A stretch of 63,590 bases of DNA, filler included, from Collodictyon triciliatum (GCA_043381765.1; 5 parts of 5 records of this genome joined end to end with filler, not necessarily neighbours in it); one strand, 5' to 3'. Shown: positions 51,600 through 63,446, counted from the whole stretch's first letter. A program made the numbers and translations. The notes: generated by a model from the letters alone, not told the origin.

Positions 51600-52442
51600 T
51601 CTTTCTACATTTCATCTACAACATGAAAGGCACTTTGCTGAATCTCAGAAGGCTGAGCGAGCTGGAAGACACCTGCCGCAGATTCATCACTACCAATAAT
51701 CAAAAATATAAAATCAAGACACAAGCCCGCGTATATCAGTTACTCCCGAAACACCGCGCCGTACCTCTCAATATCTCCAACAGAGAGCTGTGGATAGGTG
51801 CGCGTGTAGTCCATGCAGCAACGACTCCTCCAGAATGCGCCATGTGCCATAGTGGAGATGATTCTATCAAACACACTTTTGTGGAGTGCTCCCTTGCTCT
51901 AAAAGTGACAGAATCTACCCACAAGATGCTCTCTGAGCTTGATTATGCTCCCAACCGACTCAGCGCGTCCGACATCTTGTTTGCCCCACAATACCAAATG
52001 ACCTACGACTCTAGAATACTTTGGACAGTCACAAGGGGACATATGCTGTGGTTATTATGGAGTGTGCGCGCATTCTCCCGCTCTAATGATTCACCCGAAC
52101 GAGAAATCAGTGTATCCAGGCTTGAAAGCCTCGTGCAATACAGCTTCCTGAGCAGTCTGCTGAAACACGCTCGCATTCTTCGCTACTCTGACCGCAAACG
52201 GAGAGAGATGTGGGAATATGTCGTGAGATATCTCCCAAAGCATATCCAACCCCTGCTGCCCACGCAACCAATCAACCAGTTGGGACGCCCACCTGACCAG
52301 CTCGCTATCACTGATTTCTTTCCAGTGCTACCTTCCCAAAAGTGTCGTCTTCTATTCGCGTTTGCTCTCTCCTATGCGCTCCCATCCCGCCCCTTTGTAT
52401 GGCATAGCCTCGCTGCACTTAGAATCGAATAAAGGAAAAAAG
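51600..52442 (+). mobile_element. 5'-truncated L1/Tx1-like non-LTR retrotransposon ORF2 3' end (family A), frame still open
   Basis: CAMCHSGDDSIKHTFVECSLA (CCHC zf-RVT), TRGHMLWLLWSVR; AATAAA plus A-rich tail at about 52428-52445; second copy at 57772-58650. Confidence 0.85.
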
Positions 52443-52644
52443 AAAGTGAAAAAGGTGTTCTCACACGCAAACTATTCTACCCCAGGTGAATCAGCTCCAA
52501 CGCGATTTCTGGTTGTATTTATAACTGACAGAAGAGCGGATAAAGTTGTTGGGTCGATGAAAGTACGCACATGACAGTTACTTATAAAATCGATTCTGAC
52601 GAGTCCTTTCAACCATCTATCTCAGACAAGGTTTACATCCTATT

Positions 52645-53985
52645 TCATTCCACAGGATGAGTCTTTTGAGGGGACAACGGGTCACTTTCCTTGCGTTTCT
52701 TGCTGGGCGACTCTGACAAAAAGCGATACATCGTTGTTTGTCTGGAATTATCGAAAGTGGCGCTTGACCGTCCCCTGGTTTCGGAACTATGCGTAGCTGG
52801 CAGTGGACTTTGCTTAACCGGAGTATGGATACGCGTTTGTGGTTTTAGAAACACACGCTCCTGCTTGCTCGGACTGTCTCTAGTGTGAGGAGTTCCAAGC
52901 TTGGATTCGACTTGTGGTGTTTGCTCTTGCTCCTTGGTTCTCGGTGCGACGGGCTGGGGCAGGATAGACGGACTATCTTTGGTGGGCGCTGGTTCTTGTG
53001 TTGCCTTCGCTTTGGAGTATCCTTTCGGATATGTAACGAAGACTGCCTTGATGCCTCCTATGTTGACCATATTCACGTCAGTCTGAATGGGTAGTTTAAG
53101 GGGGGATTTCTTTCGGGATTAGGAGATGCGCTGCTCTTGGGTCTTGCGATGTGCGGGCTTGTCCGGTGTTGGCGGTTGGATGGGCTCGAGTGCGAGGATT
53201 CTGAAGAGGAACCGAGACTTCATCCCATGTCATCGTCGCTGTTGCTGTATGCGCGTATCTGCTGTGAGTCATGTGGAATCTGTTGTTGCCTGGCCTTGGC
53301 TTCCTTGACCCGTTTCTGCTTGTCTGCTTGGCAGGTGTATTCTTTTGCGGAGCTTTCACTTGTCGTTCGTTGTTCGCGGCTGGCGGACACTTTTTGAGGA
53401 TGCGCTTTGGACACTTCTTACCCATGACCGTAAACTTTGCAGGGAGCTGGTTCTTGTGACAAAGAAGCTTCACCACGGCCGTGTCTGTGAAGAGGCATTT
53501 GTCCTTTTTGATCTCCACGTGGGTCGGTCTGAACGGCTTCAGCTCTTCACGAAGGAGTTGCGGCCACACGTCCAGCGGTAGTTGGTAGAGCATCACCGAG
53601 GTCTCTGTTGGTTTACTTCTAGCGAAGCTGATTGCAATGTCGCTCAAACTTATCTGCTTCAGTTCTAGAAGCTTTCGGGCGTTCTCTGCAGTGCGGAAGG
53701 CAATCAGGCAAAGGCCTTCGCTTCATGGTAAGTGCAGTTGGATGGGCTCTTCCCAAAGTTTGTTCGCTTTCAAGGAGGAGGAGCGCATCTGTGAACCTGC
53801 GGGCGTTGTTCTTGTTATAAACGACTTGCTCGACCCCGTGCAAAAATACTTTCCGCTCTGACAGACTTGCAGGTGGCTTCTTTGCACGGATTTTCCTAGA
53901 CTTACGTGTAACTCGGGGTTTTTCCGCGCCAGTGTTGGAACAGAAGAACTGGCTGCTACTTACAAAGCCTTCTGTGCTGTCGCAC
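52645..53985 (-). pseudogene. Decayed non-LTR retrotransposon ORF1 (tandem RRM-like, gag-like)
   Basis: LCLIAFRTAENARKLLEL..SVMLYQLPLDVWPQLLREELKPF..DTAVVKL..LPAKFTVMGKKC resembles L1/Tx1 ORF1; broken by frameshifts and stops, no introns. Confidence 0.65.
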
Positions 53986-54703
53986 TATTATGAGAGCTTT
54001 CTACTTTTGCTTATGTTTTCCTAAAGACACGGGTTTGAGTAGAGCCGAGATAGAGACAGCTTCTCACGAACGCGCCATTTATTTCGCACGCCCATAGTTA
54101 GTGACGCTTCGCTACACAAATACGAGTGAGAATATGACAGAACAAAGGAAACCCACAAGAAAACAAAAACAAAACAAAAAGTGAACTGCAGGCCTGATTC
54201 CTTCACGGCTCATTTGCAAAGAATATTCATTCGTTTATTGGCTTATTTATTGGACTGCAATGGTTTATTCATATGTTGCAATATGCTGCTGTAGTTTGAT
54301 ATATACTCTGCAGACACTCGTCAAAATTACGGACATGTTTTCTTCTCTCCCCAACTCAGAGAATATGAGGAAAGGGATAAAGGAGAAAAAAGAAAAAGAA
54401 AAAAAAGGAAGATGAGAATTAAGCGAGAAAAGGTCGAACAGTTTTTGCCTGGCAACAAAGACATCAACAGCAAACACACGGCCCAAAAGAGAAAAGGCGA
54501 AAAAAATGATGAAAAATGAAAAGGAAGGAGGTTGGAGATTGGAGGGCTGGAGAATTCAAAAACATATTCGTCTGTCAAATAGAAATGGTGTTTGCCTCGT
54601 CTGATGTTTTTGTTTGAGTTCCTTTTTCAACTTTGTCTCTTATCTTCATGACTGGTTTTCTTTCTTTCTATTTGGTTGGGTTCGCCGAGTGGTTGTCCTG
54701 TAC

Positions 54704-55131
54704 TTAAACAAAGCCGAACCCAACGTTTCCTTCGTGGATTGCGAGCATAATTGCCTTTTGGAGCTGCTCGAAGCTTTCGTAGGCGGGAAGGTCCAGTTGG
54801 TTGAGGCTGATGAAATATAAATGAGTCTGGGTTCGAGCTTACCATGTCATAACGGTGATTAGTTTTTTTTTTCTTTAAATAAAAGAAAGCCATTGAAAGA
54901 AGAAAAAAAGACCACTGAACAACATAGAGAAGAAAGAGAAAAATAAACATATTCGAGTATCGTGTCGGGTGAGTGCAGGGCAAACCATGTATGTGCAGAC
55001 GGGAGATGGCTCGATTGATATGCTTTGTGGATGCTGAATTTCTGTTCTCCGTTCATTCCGTGGAGTGCGCGGAATCCTTCCAGAGGTACCTTTGATGTTC
55101 CCGTAGCAAATTGCAGCAGCTTTGCTCGGTC
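54704..55131 (-). CDS. HECT E3 ubiquitin ligase, last two exons (HUWE1/UPL1/Tom1-like)
   Basis: [55 protein letters not shown]; catalytic Cys codon split by the intron. Confidence 0.95.
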
Positions 55132-55256
55132 CTGTGGGAGGGTGAAGCACACCGTGTTATGGCTAATATCACCACCGATTTTCATATAAAGAGAAAAAAA
55201 GAGAGAAAAAAAGAGAGAAAAAAAAGAGAGAAAAAAAAGAGAGAAAAAAAAAAGAG

Positions 55257-55297
<41 letters not shown>

Positions 55298-55400
55298 NNN
55301 NNNNNNNNNNNNNNNNNNNNNNNNNNNNNNNNNNNNNNNNNTTAATTAATTAANNNNNNNNNNNNNNNNNNNNNNNNNNNNNNNNNNNNNNNNNNNNTAT

Positions 55401-55471
<71 letters not shown>

Positions 55472-55640
55472 TTATTGTAAATCTTTGGGTGCGAGGAACA
55501 ACAGAGAATATTTGGAAGGAGAATCCCCGGTTTATAAAGTGATAGCAACACAAATGTGGTGCATTCTTTTTGATTGGCTATGGTACAGGTAAAGTGCGCA
55601 GAACACAGTTCAATTATTTATCATCCAAATGAGATCCATA

Positions 55641-55820
55641 CAACAAGCCGCTTTCCTCCACAAAACGCAATCGTTGCGGTACTTCCGGAGCGACATATCT
55701 ATTCATCTGAAGCCCATGAGGACGAGTCTCGGTTGTGGATTCATAACGACGGGGGGATGACTGCGGTCTCATACGCGACGGCTGTTGCGAGTACTCCGAT
55801 CGACCCCCTGAATAATCCAT
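55641..55820 (-). CDS. Possible first exon of an uncharacterised gene truncated by the contig end
   Basis: ATG-initiated GC-rich ORF MDYSGGRSEYSQQPSRMRPQSSP... ending at a GTATGG donor-like site. Confidence 0.35.
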
Positions 55821-56798
55821 CGGCCTATTCGCACTGGGGCGGAGCGGTCGCCTGCATGTGAGGGATGTCTTTCTGTCAGTGAGCTCTAATGTCCTCTTCT
55901 TTCACGAGAAAAGGGAGGAAACTTTTGCGCGAGCAGGCCTGGTGGGCGCCCAGAGAACACGCAATAAAAGAGTAAATAAATAAACATAAATAAACATAAA
56001 TAAATAAATAGTTTACGTCTCCATAGTTTCAAGCGAGCTATTCCTCTCCTATGGGAAAAGAAGCTGCATTATAGACAGGGTGTCACGGGTTTCTACTGCT
56101 TTGATGAATGGACGCGTTATGGTTCCATGGCTGCTTGAGGACTTTACGGCACACTCGTTGATGCTGCGCAAAGCACCTTCGATCAAAGAGTCGCGCCTAG
56201 TACCGTAACTATGTTACCATATAGTATTTACGAAAAGGTACTTCTGCTAGTTTTCCGAACCACACACAGAAACTTTCCTTCGAGAGCTCAATACGAGAAT
56301 CGGGCATCATGCGACGCTCTTGAAAGCACTTTCTTAGAATGGTATTTTTGGACGCCCTCGTGTTCGGTGATTGTATGTCCATATCAGGTTTAGCTTGATT
56401 AGGATTTTAGCCTTAACAAGAAGTGGGGTGTGCTTTACAACAAAGAAATAAGGCAGAAGTCTAGAAATAAACCGGAAGGGCGGTGGCCGCTTCGTCGGAA
56501 GTACTTCAGAATCCGGAGAAATTATCAAGAACAGGTTGAACAAGGCGAGACCAGCGGGTGCAGAATTCCGCAGGAAATCCAGAAATACATAGGAAGGCTT
56601 GTGAATACCGATTCGGCAATTTGGCAGTCAAATGCGGACGATGCCATATGTATAAGTATCGCGAGTCCTTGAAACCAGGCGTCCTCTGGATGAAAGTATC
56701 ATAGGCATCAATTGTTTTCCTACAAGCTCGTTCACCTCGCCCAAGACCCCGCAAGAACCCTGTGTTCAACCGCAATCGATTACCTCACATCACCAACC

Positions 56799-57428
56799 AT
56801 GTCGAAAACATCAGTATTCACCCGGCAGGTATCATCATATCTGCAGTCAATCACCCAACGCCAACCCCTTCAACAAACTGCATTTGATGCAGTTGCTCCC
56901 TACAACAAAAATTCACCCAATCCATTCATAATGGTTGAGGACGTTGCACAGCTTCTCCAAAGAAACGAACAATATGATGTGATTTCCTCAACAGTCATAG
57001 TCAATGCTGTTCTCTACACGCATCGATTTCTGCGGATGACCCAATCACAACTCACCGCAGAGAATACCATTCCCGTACTGACTGTGGCGATGTGCATTGC
57101 AAACAAATACCACGAGGATATCCCCTACGACAACCGAACTTTCTCGCAACTGTCCGGCATTCCTGTCGATATCCTGTGTAAACTGGAGCTACATTTCCTT
57201 GCTGCGATTCGCTTCCGCCTTGGTGTTGAGAGCGAGAGTTTTCAGCAGCTTTACGATGCATTCCACACGCCTCTTAGGACAAACAGTGAACCTATGAACC
57301 TCCACATTCATGCCACGCCCTCCCCCTCCCTCTACAATCCCCTCGTCTGCGAAGACTCCAAGCTGAGCCTGCAAAGCTCTTCTCGGTCCTCTGCACCCTC
57401 TCGCTTCAGAAACGGCGCATCTAGATGA
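56799..57428 (+). CDS. Cyclin, PHO80/U(P)-type; intronless
   Basis: Cyclin box AVLYTHRF..LTVAMCIANKYHEDIPYDNRTFSQLSGIP...LELHFL.AIRFRL. Confidence 0.9.
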   Translation: MSKTSVFTRQVSSYLQSITQRQPLQQTAFDAVAPYNKNSPNPFIMVEDVAQLLQRNEQYDVISSTVIVNAVLYTHRFLRMTQSQLTAENTIPVLTVAMCIANKYHEDIPYDNRTFSQLSGIPVDILCKLELHFLAAIRFRLGVESESFQQLYDAFHTPLRTNSEPMNLHIHATPSPSLYNPLVCEDSKLSLQSSSRSSAPSRFRNGASR

Positions 57429-57771
57429 CCTACACAGAGACCATTTCGCTATACCACAAGCATTTTCTATTATAACTTATCCCCATCCGGGTGGCTGCTT
57501 CACCCCTCACAAACTCCGATATACACCTCATCTCGGTTACCTAATTGTGATGATACCCTAACCCGCACCCTGCCTTTCTAATTGTATCGATGTTATCTCT
57601 ATCCTGATAAGACCTCCTTCATCACTTTTAGTAGAGTAAGATTATATATCTATCTTGTTGGAGCTTCTGAGTCTAAAATAAATAAATAAAAAAAAAAACA
57701 ACTTCCACTAGCTTCTGATGGATACACATCGCAAAATCATTAATATTTCAAGCTCATTTTTTTACCTATGT

Positions 57772-58650
57772 TCACACAAGATGCTCCCTCCGAGGTTGAC
57801 TATGCCCCAACCGACTCAGCGCGTCCGACATCCTATTCGACCTGCAATACCAAATGACCCATGACTCTGGAATACTCTCGGCGGTCACAAGGGGGCATAC
57901 GTTGTGGTCCTTACGGAGTGTGCGTGCGTTATCTCGCTCTAATGATTCGACCGAAAGAGAAATCAATCTATCCAGGCTTGAACGCTTTATCCAAATTTTT
58001 TTTTTATTCTTCCTTTCAATTTTTTGCAGGATGGTGGAGATGTTGGCTTTGGTTCGCTAGCCATCGTTTGCATGGGCGCTACTTGGTGACCGGGTGGCGG
58101 AGAAGTAGTCGGTAATCAGTAATTGCATCCTGCGGTTTGGCCTGTAGCCTGGGTCTTGTGCTCGCATGAGAGGTACAAGGTGAGGTTTAATCTCTTTCTC
58201 GGTCTCTTTCCATATGTCTCTTCTCACAGGGTCTGAGTAGTACTGAACGTGCAGGTGGCGAAGGAAGTCATTGAGGAAAGAGATTTGTATGGTGTCATCC
58301 AGTCTATTATCAGGAGTGGATGGCTGGTTGTTGAGCTTTGCTTCGCGTGAGTATGTGCGTGCTATCCACATAGTTCATAGCAAATGGCCTCAAAGCAATA
58401 CAGCTTCTTGAATGGCCTGCTAAAGCACATCCGCATTCCCTGCTACTCTGGCCGCAAGCGAAGAGAGATATGGGATAGTGGTGAAACATCATCTCGATAT
58501 ATTCAGCCCTTACTAACCACCGAGCCTATCAACCAGTCATTTCACCCGCCTGACCAATACGCCATCACTGATTATTTCTCGTAATGCCGTATCCCTGTTT
58601 ATGTCTTACCACTGCGATTAAGCCAAATCCCGTCGCGCTTCTGCTAGTCA
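57772..58650 (+). mobile_element. Decayed family A LINE 3' fragment, interrupted by a family B insertion
   Basis: 57772-57994 and 58395-58650 are colinear with 51918-52400. Confidence 0.88.
57996..58391 (-). mobile_element. Family B LINE 3' fragment with poly(A) tail, nested antisense in the family A copy
   Basis: Begins with a T run at 57996 on +; the minus strand encodes MWIARTYSREAKLNNQP..., homologous to 45280-45590. Confidence 0.9.
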
Positions 58651-59222
58651 CCCAATCTACCTTCATGTGTAGCTCTTTCGCAAATGCACAGCAAAATTAC
58701 AAATATGAAATCGCACATATATAAAATTTAATATATATCAATAATAATGCATTTTTAAGAATGCCATAGAGTATGAAAAACATTAGCATATAAATTCCAC
58801 AATCAAATGTAGTGCGCAAACACAAACCGATTTTCAATTTCCGTTGAACTAGACTCCATATGTGGAATCCATTTTTGGTGTCGCTCAACCAACAGCAACA
58901 TCCATCCTTCTGCCCGCATCACCTCCCATTAGCACAAACACGCCAGCCTATTTCCCGTCGCACTGACCAGACCATCCAACAAACAAGCGAGACGCTAAAT
59001 AACGCCAAGACAAAGAGGAATGAAAAAAGAATAGAAGTGAGAAAAGCATTGCCTTTCACAACTTCAAGATGGCTTCTTTCCTACCACTCCACGCAATCCT
59101 CCTGAGAGAACAGTCCGACGTCAAAGTCCTTTTTTATTTTTATTTTTAACTACTAATTTATTTATTTATTTAAAAAAAAAAAAAACAGCTTCCAAAAAGA
59201 CACAGAGACGTGACTCAGTCCC

Positions 59223-59874
59223 ATGGGCTGCGGCTGCTCCAAAGTAACCCCGGTTTCTGCACCTGCGGCTATCTCGAAAAGCCCCTCCAAGGAGCGAGTG
59301 GAAAGCAAAAGCAAGAGCGGGTCTGCACCGGCTCCAGCTTCAGCAAAGGAGGCGATCACAGTTCACAAGTCTGCGCCCACAGAAGCCCGAAGTGAAAGTT
59401 CCTCCGAGATCATTGCAAAGACGCAGCATCCAAACACAACGCGCGGGTCGCTGCAAATGCCGGAGCCGTCTGAGCAGATTTCCGCGGCGAATCCTGCGCT
59501 CAAGACAGAGGGTGAGTCGAAGCCGTTTGAAGAAGATGTGCTCCAGGCAAAGTTGTTGCAGCTGCAGCGACAGAGGGAGGCTGAAGAGAGCAAAGAAAAG
59601 GAAAAGGCTGTTGAAGCAGAGCTGAAAACAGAGCCGAAGGATGTGAATGGTGATGAAGAAGAGCAGGCTTTGCTGGAAGTGACCTCGGGAAATATAGTGG
59701 CTGAGGTCGATATTGAAGTGGAAGGATATCCACAACATGATGAAGAAGAGGAAAAGAAGAAAAAGAAAGGTTGGTGTGCCTTAAATCTGTCATCAAATGA
59801 TTGATTCGTCTTTCTTCGTTCACTTTTGGATTTATTTTAGGTTTCTGTACTTTCCTTTTGTCATCGCTTATGAA

Positions 59875-59956
<82 letters not shown>

Positions 59957-60315
59957 TTAAAAAGTTTATAATAATCACTAAATGATATCTAAATGACAGA
60001 GTCCAGTGCAAAGAAGAAAGGAAAGGTAACTTTTACTGGACTTTCTGATATTTATATTCCATTTTCAGATAATGATTTGAGGAGCACAATACCGATGTAT
60101 AAATCAAACTTTACCGCTACACAATAAATCTATTCTTCGTTCCAGATATTGATTCAGGTGCAGTTGAAGAATAATCCAGAGTATATGGAGATGAAGATGA
60201 AGCCAGATCAAGTGTATTTGGAGGATTTGACTAGATGGTCTGATGCATTTTGGGGGGTTTCAAATCTTGACTTCTCTATCGTTGAAGATGAAGAAATCGT
60301 CCAAGTTACTGAAGA
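59223..60315 (+). CDS. Uncharacterised acidic protein with N-terminal dual-acylation motif (3'-incomplete)
   Basis: MGCGCSK (Gly2 myristoylation plus Cys palmitoylation consensus); exons at about 59223-59769, 60001-60024 and 60147-60315. Confidence 0.7.
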
Positions 60316-60458
60316 GGTTTGCATCATGGCATTTACTTTGAAAATAAGACACCATACTTCTAAAAGGGACGGACAAATATAATTTACGTATTTTAATCAT
60401 TTATTAATTAGTGGTTATATTGTCGGTTCACGAAGGGAAAAAACATCAATATTTTGTG

Positions 60459-60491
<33 letters not shown>

Positions 60492-60657
60492 TTTAAATCT
60501 TTTTAATTTATTTTTTGTAATTTATTTATTTTGTGAAGAATCCTATTTTTTTTATTTNNNNNNNNNNNNNNNNNNNNNNNNNNNNNNNNNNNNNNNNNNN
60601 NTTAATTAATTAANNNNNNNNNNNNNNNNNNNNNNNNNNNNNNNNNNNNNNNNNNNN

Positions 60658-60915
60658 TTTTTCTCTCTTTTTTCTCTCTTTTTTCTCTCTTTTTTCTCTC
60701 TTTTTTCTCTCTTTTTTCTCTCTTTTTTCTCTCTTTTTTTCTCTCTTTTTTCTCTCTTTTTTCTCTCTTTTTTCTCTCTTTTTTCTCTCTTTTTTCTCTC
60801 TTTTTCTCTCTTTTCTCTCTCTTTTTTCTCTCTTTTTTCTCTCTCTTTCTCTCTCTTTCTCTCTTTCTCTCCCTCTCTCTCTTTTTTTCCCCTTTCTTCC
60901 TTTCTTTCTCTCTTT
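60658..60915. repeat. (TTTTTCTCTC)n-type pyrimidine minisatellite at the contig edge; purine-strand equivalent at 55190-55297
   Basis: Seen directly. Confidence 0.9.
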
Positions 60916-61030
60916 CTATCGACCCTATCTTTTATTCTCTTTTTCTCTATAATTGTCTTGCACAACATCCATTTTATTCCTTTCATTATGTACATGCTTC
61001 CCGCTTGTAGCAGGTCAATAAATACATATC

Positions 61031-61915
61031 ATGGACGGAGCACACCAGCACGCCTTCTGGAAGCAACGCGTATACAAGGAGGAAAGGTAGGCCCCTTCTC
61101 CATGCTAGTTGTATCTCTTTAGACACAACTGCTCCATCTTTCTACCAAACCCAACATCGAATATCTTCGAGGCAGAGAAATAATAATAATATTAAAAAAA
61201 AAAAAAAGAAAGATCATTTTGTTAATGCGTCCTTTGTGGGAGCATAGAGACCGCTACTTGCTATTCACCAGACTGCAGGACGAAGGAGTGATACCGCGTA
61301 GTAGCATGGTGGGTTTCTCAATCACAGGTCATACCTGCCCATCCATAATCGTGGGTTTTCTCGTCCTCGCTCTGGAAAACATGATGCTTTATCATTTCCC
61401 AAACGCAGCCGATTGCAAGTCCGTCCAGTTTCAAGCCTAATCACTCCAATCCGGCCGTCTTTGATCGCAGCAAACTCCCGCCACTTCGCACAGGCGACCT
61501 CCATAAAGTGTACTGTTTCCCAAACAAATTATCACACTCCCTTGATTGCAATCTCATTCGAGGGTGCATTCGTTTATGCTTTCCTTCGACGACCTCATGC
61601 TCTATTTTTTTCTTATCTGCAAATCAAATCCCTCTGCTCAGCGGATCTCAAACGTCACCAGTCTTGACAAATGCCAGCCCCAGCAAGATTCCAACAAGCA
61701 ACTCAAGACCATCCACACAACCAACGACAAGTGGAGGAAGTCAGAGAATGAGTTCCAGTAAGATCTCTTTATTTTCCGTTCCCATTTTCTTATCCTTTTT
61801 CCAATATCTGGTGCTGCTTGCACATCATTATATATAACACATTACAAAGGTAAAAAGAAACATAAACCTTCTCGCAGCAAACAATCTAATCATGGAAGAA
61901 TACATCCATATCAGG
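61031..61915 (+). CDS. Small uncharacterised multi-exon protein
   Basis: MDGAHQHAFWKQRVYKEE|SRLQVRP...|GSQTSPVLT...RMSS exons join in frame via GT-AG introns; 3' end uncertain. Confidence 0.5.
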
Positions 61916-63034
61916 TGCTCCAAAGATGAATGAGTCCAGTTCGAATGCATACCACGTCTCTTACCGACCCCGCGGCCCACCTGCTTCAAGAAATGGAGTT
62001 CACCAGGGATATCATACATTTACCTATCAGGTTCTTCTCCCTTCTGTTCTGAAAGTTGTTATTCCCATCTGTGGCAAATGTAAATTAAAAGAGTGCGTTG
62101 TCTTGAGTTATACCAATTATCTGCTTATTTGGTAACAGGGTCGCTCATTCTTGGAAAACACGAGTTTCTGAGGTGAAACACCACCTCATCTTTATCGCCA
62201 GTTGCCTGCTGCCTTCGGGACGTCGATTTCATTGTTGTGTCCATCGCCCAATTTTTTCTCCTCTTTTCTATACCCCAGACATATCTTGGTTTGTGGGTGG
62301 GTTTATGTCAGTGTGATTTTTCTTCTTTCTTGTTATTGGTGGAATTCACTTGCAAAGGATGTATGGCTGGCGAACAACAGGGAGAAACAACAGCTTCGAG
62401 AGAAAGAAAAAGTAGAAGAATCTCTGCGCGTTGGTACCACACCCTTTTCAATCGGTATCGTTGCAAATTGGAGTGGGCTATCTGGTTGGTCATCCTGGTT
62501 ATTCTGCTTGGTTGAGTTTTGGTCAGAGTCATGGTTCAATAAATAACAAATGAACAAACCTGGATAAGCGTGGATGGCAAGTTGCCGAGATGATGTGACA
62601 CCTCCTCGCTGCACCTCTGCCTCCACCGTTCCCTCTTCAGCCCCCGTATCAACGAGGCGCTACCTGATGCCTTTATTAGAATATTATTTCTGGAATAAAT
62701 ACTAATACATACTTATCTTGTTAAAAGTCAACTCAAACTTATAATGTTGACATGAATATGTATTACATAATATATATGTGTAGTAGATGTATTGCAATCT
62801 TCTCTCCTCTTTTTAGGTATAGATCAACTGACGTCCACGCCACGAAATATAATCACTGACGCTGTCACATTTACCGCGCATACCCAAATCCCAAACACCA
62901 TCCAACCAAGCTGTGTTTCACGTCCCAACGAGAAGTCACCGACATTGGCAAAGCACGAATCTCTCGTTCCAGGCCGTTTCTTGCGTGCCGCTTCGTGCCA
63001 GTATGTTCACATTCCCAATACTAAAGGAGACGTC

Positions 63035-63446
63035 ATGATGAATCGGCCGAACCTGTCATTATCGCTGCCATCTTCGGCCTTGGCCGCGTCCCCGTCGAGC
63101 GCGTCCCCGAGCGTTGGAGACAAGGTCTCTGTCTTTGTCCGTGTGCGACCTGTCAGAGACTCCGAGCCGTGCCTGCTGATATCCGATATGCGATCCTTGT
63201 CGATCAAAGGGGACGAGTTTGTTTTCACATACGGTATGGGTTGAGTTTGTAGATGCGAGAATGTCTTTGCTGGAGGGGTATCACCCGTGCTGTGAAATGA
63301 ATAGACTTTTTCGTATGTCTCTTTCATTTTTCTTTCACTCTCTTTCTCGCGAGTAGATAGGGTTTATGCTCAAACGTGTCTCACACGGGATATATTCTCG
63401 GAAGCTGCCGCGCCTGTCATTCGTAGGGCCATGGATGGGATTCACG
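63035..63446 (+). CDS. Kinesin motor domain N-terminus (continues beyond the window)
   Basis: KVSVFVRVRP...FVFTYD|RVY...IFSEAAAPVIRRAMDGIHG. Confidence 0.92.

Noticed and set aside
62200-62660. Possible minus-strand exons between the small gene and the kinesin
   Set aside because: Splice-like sites exist but no start codon, motif or consistent model could be supported
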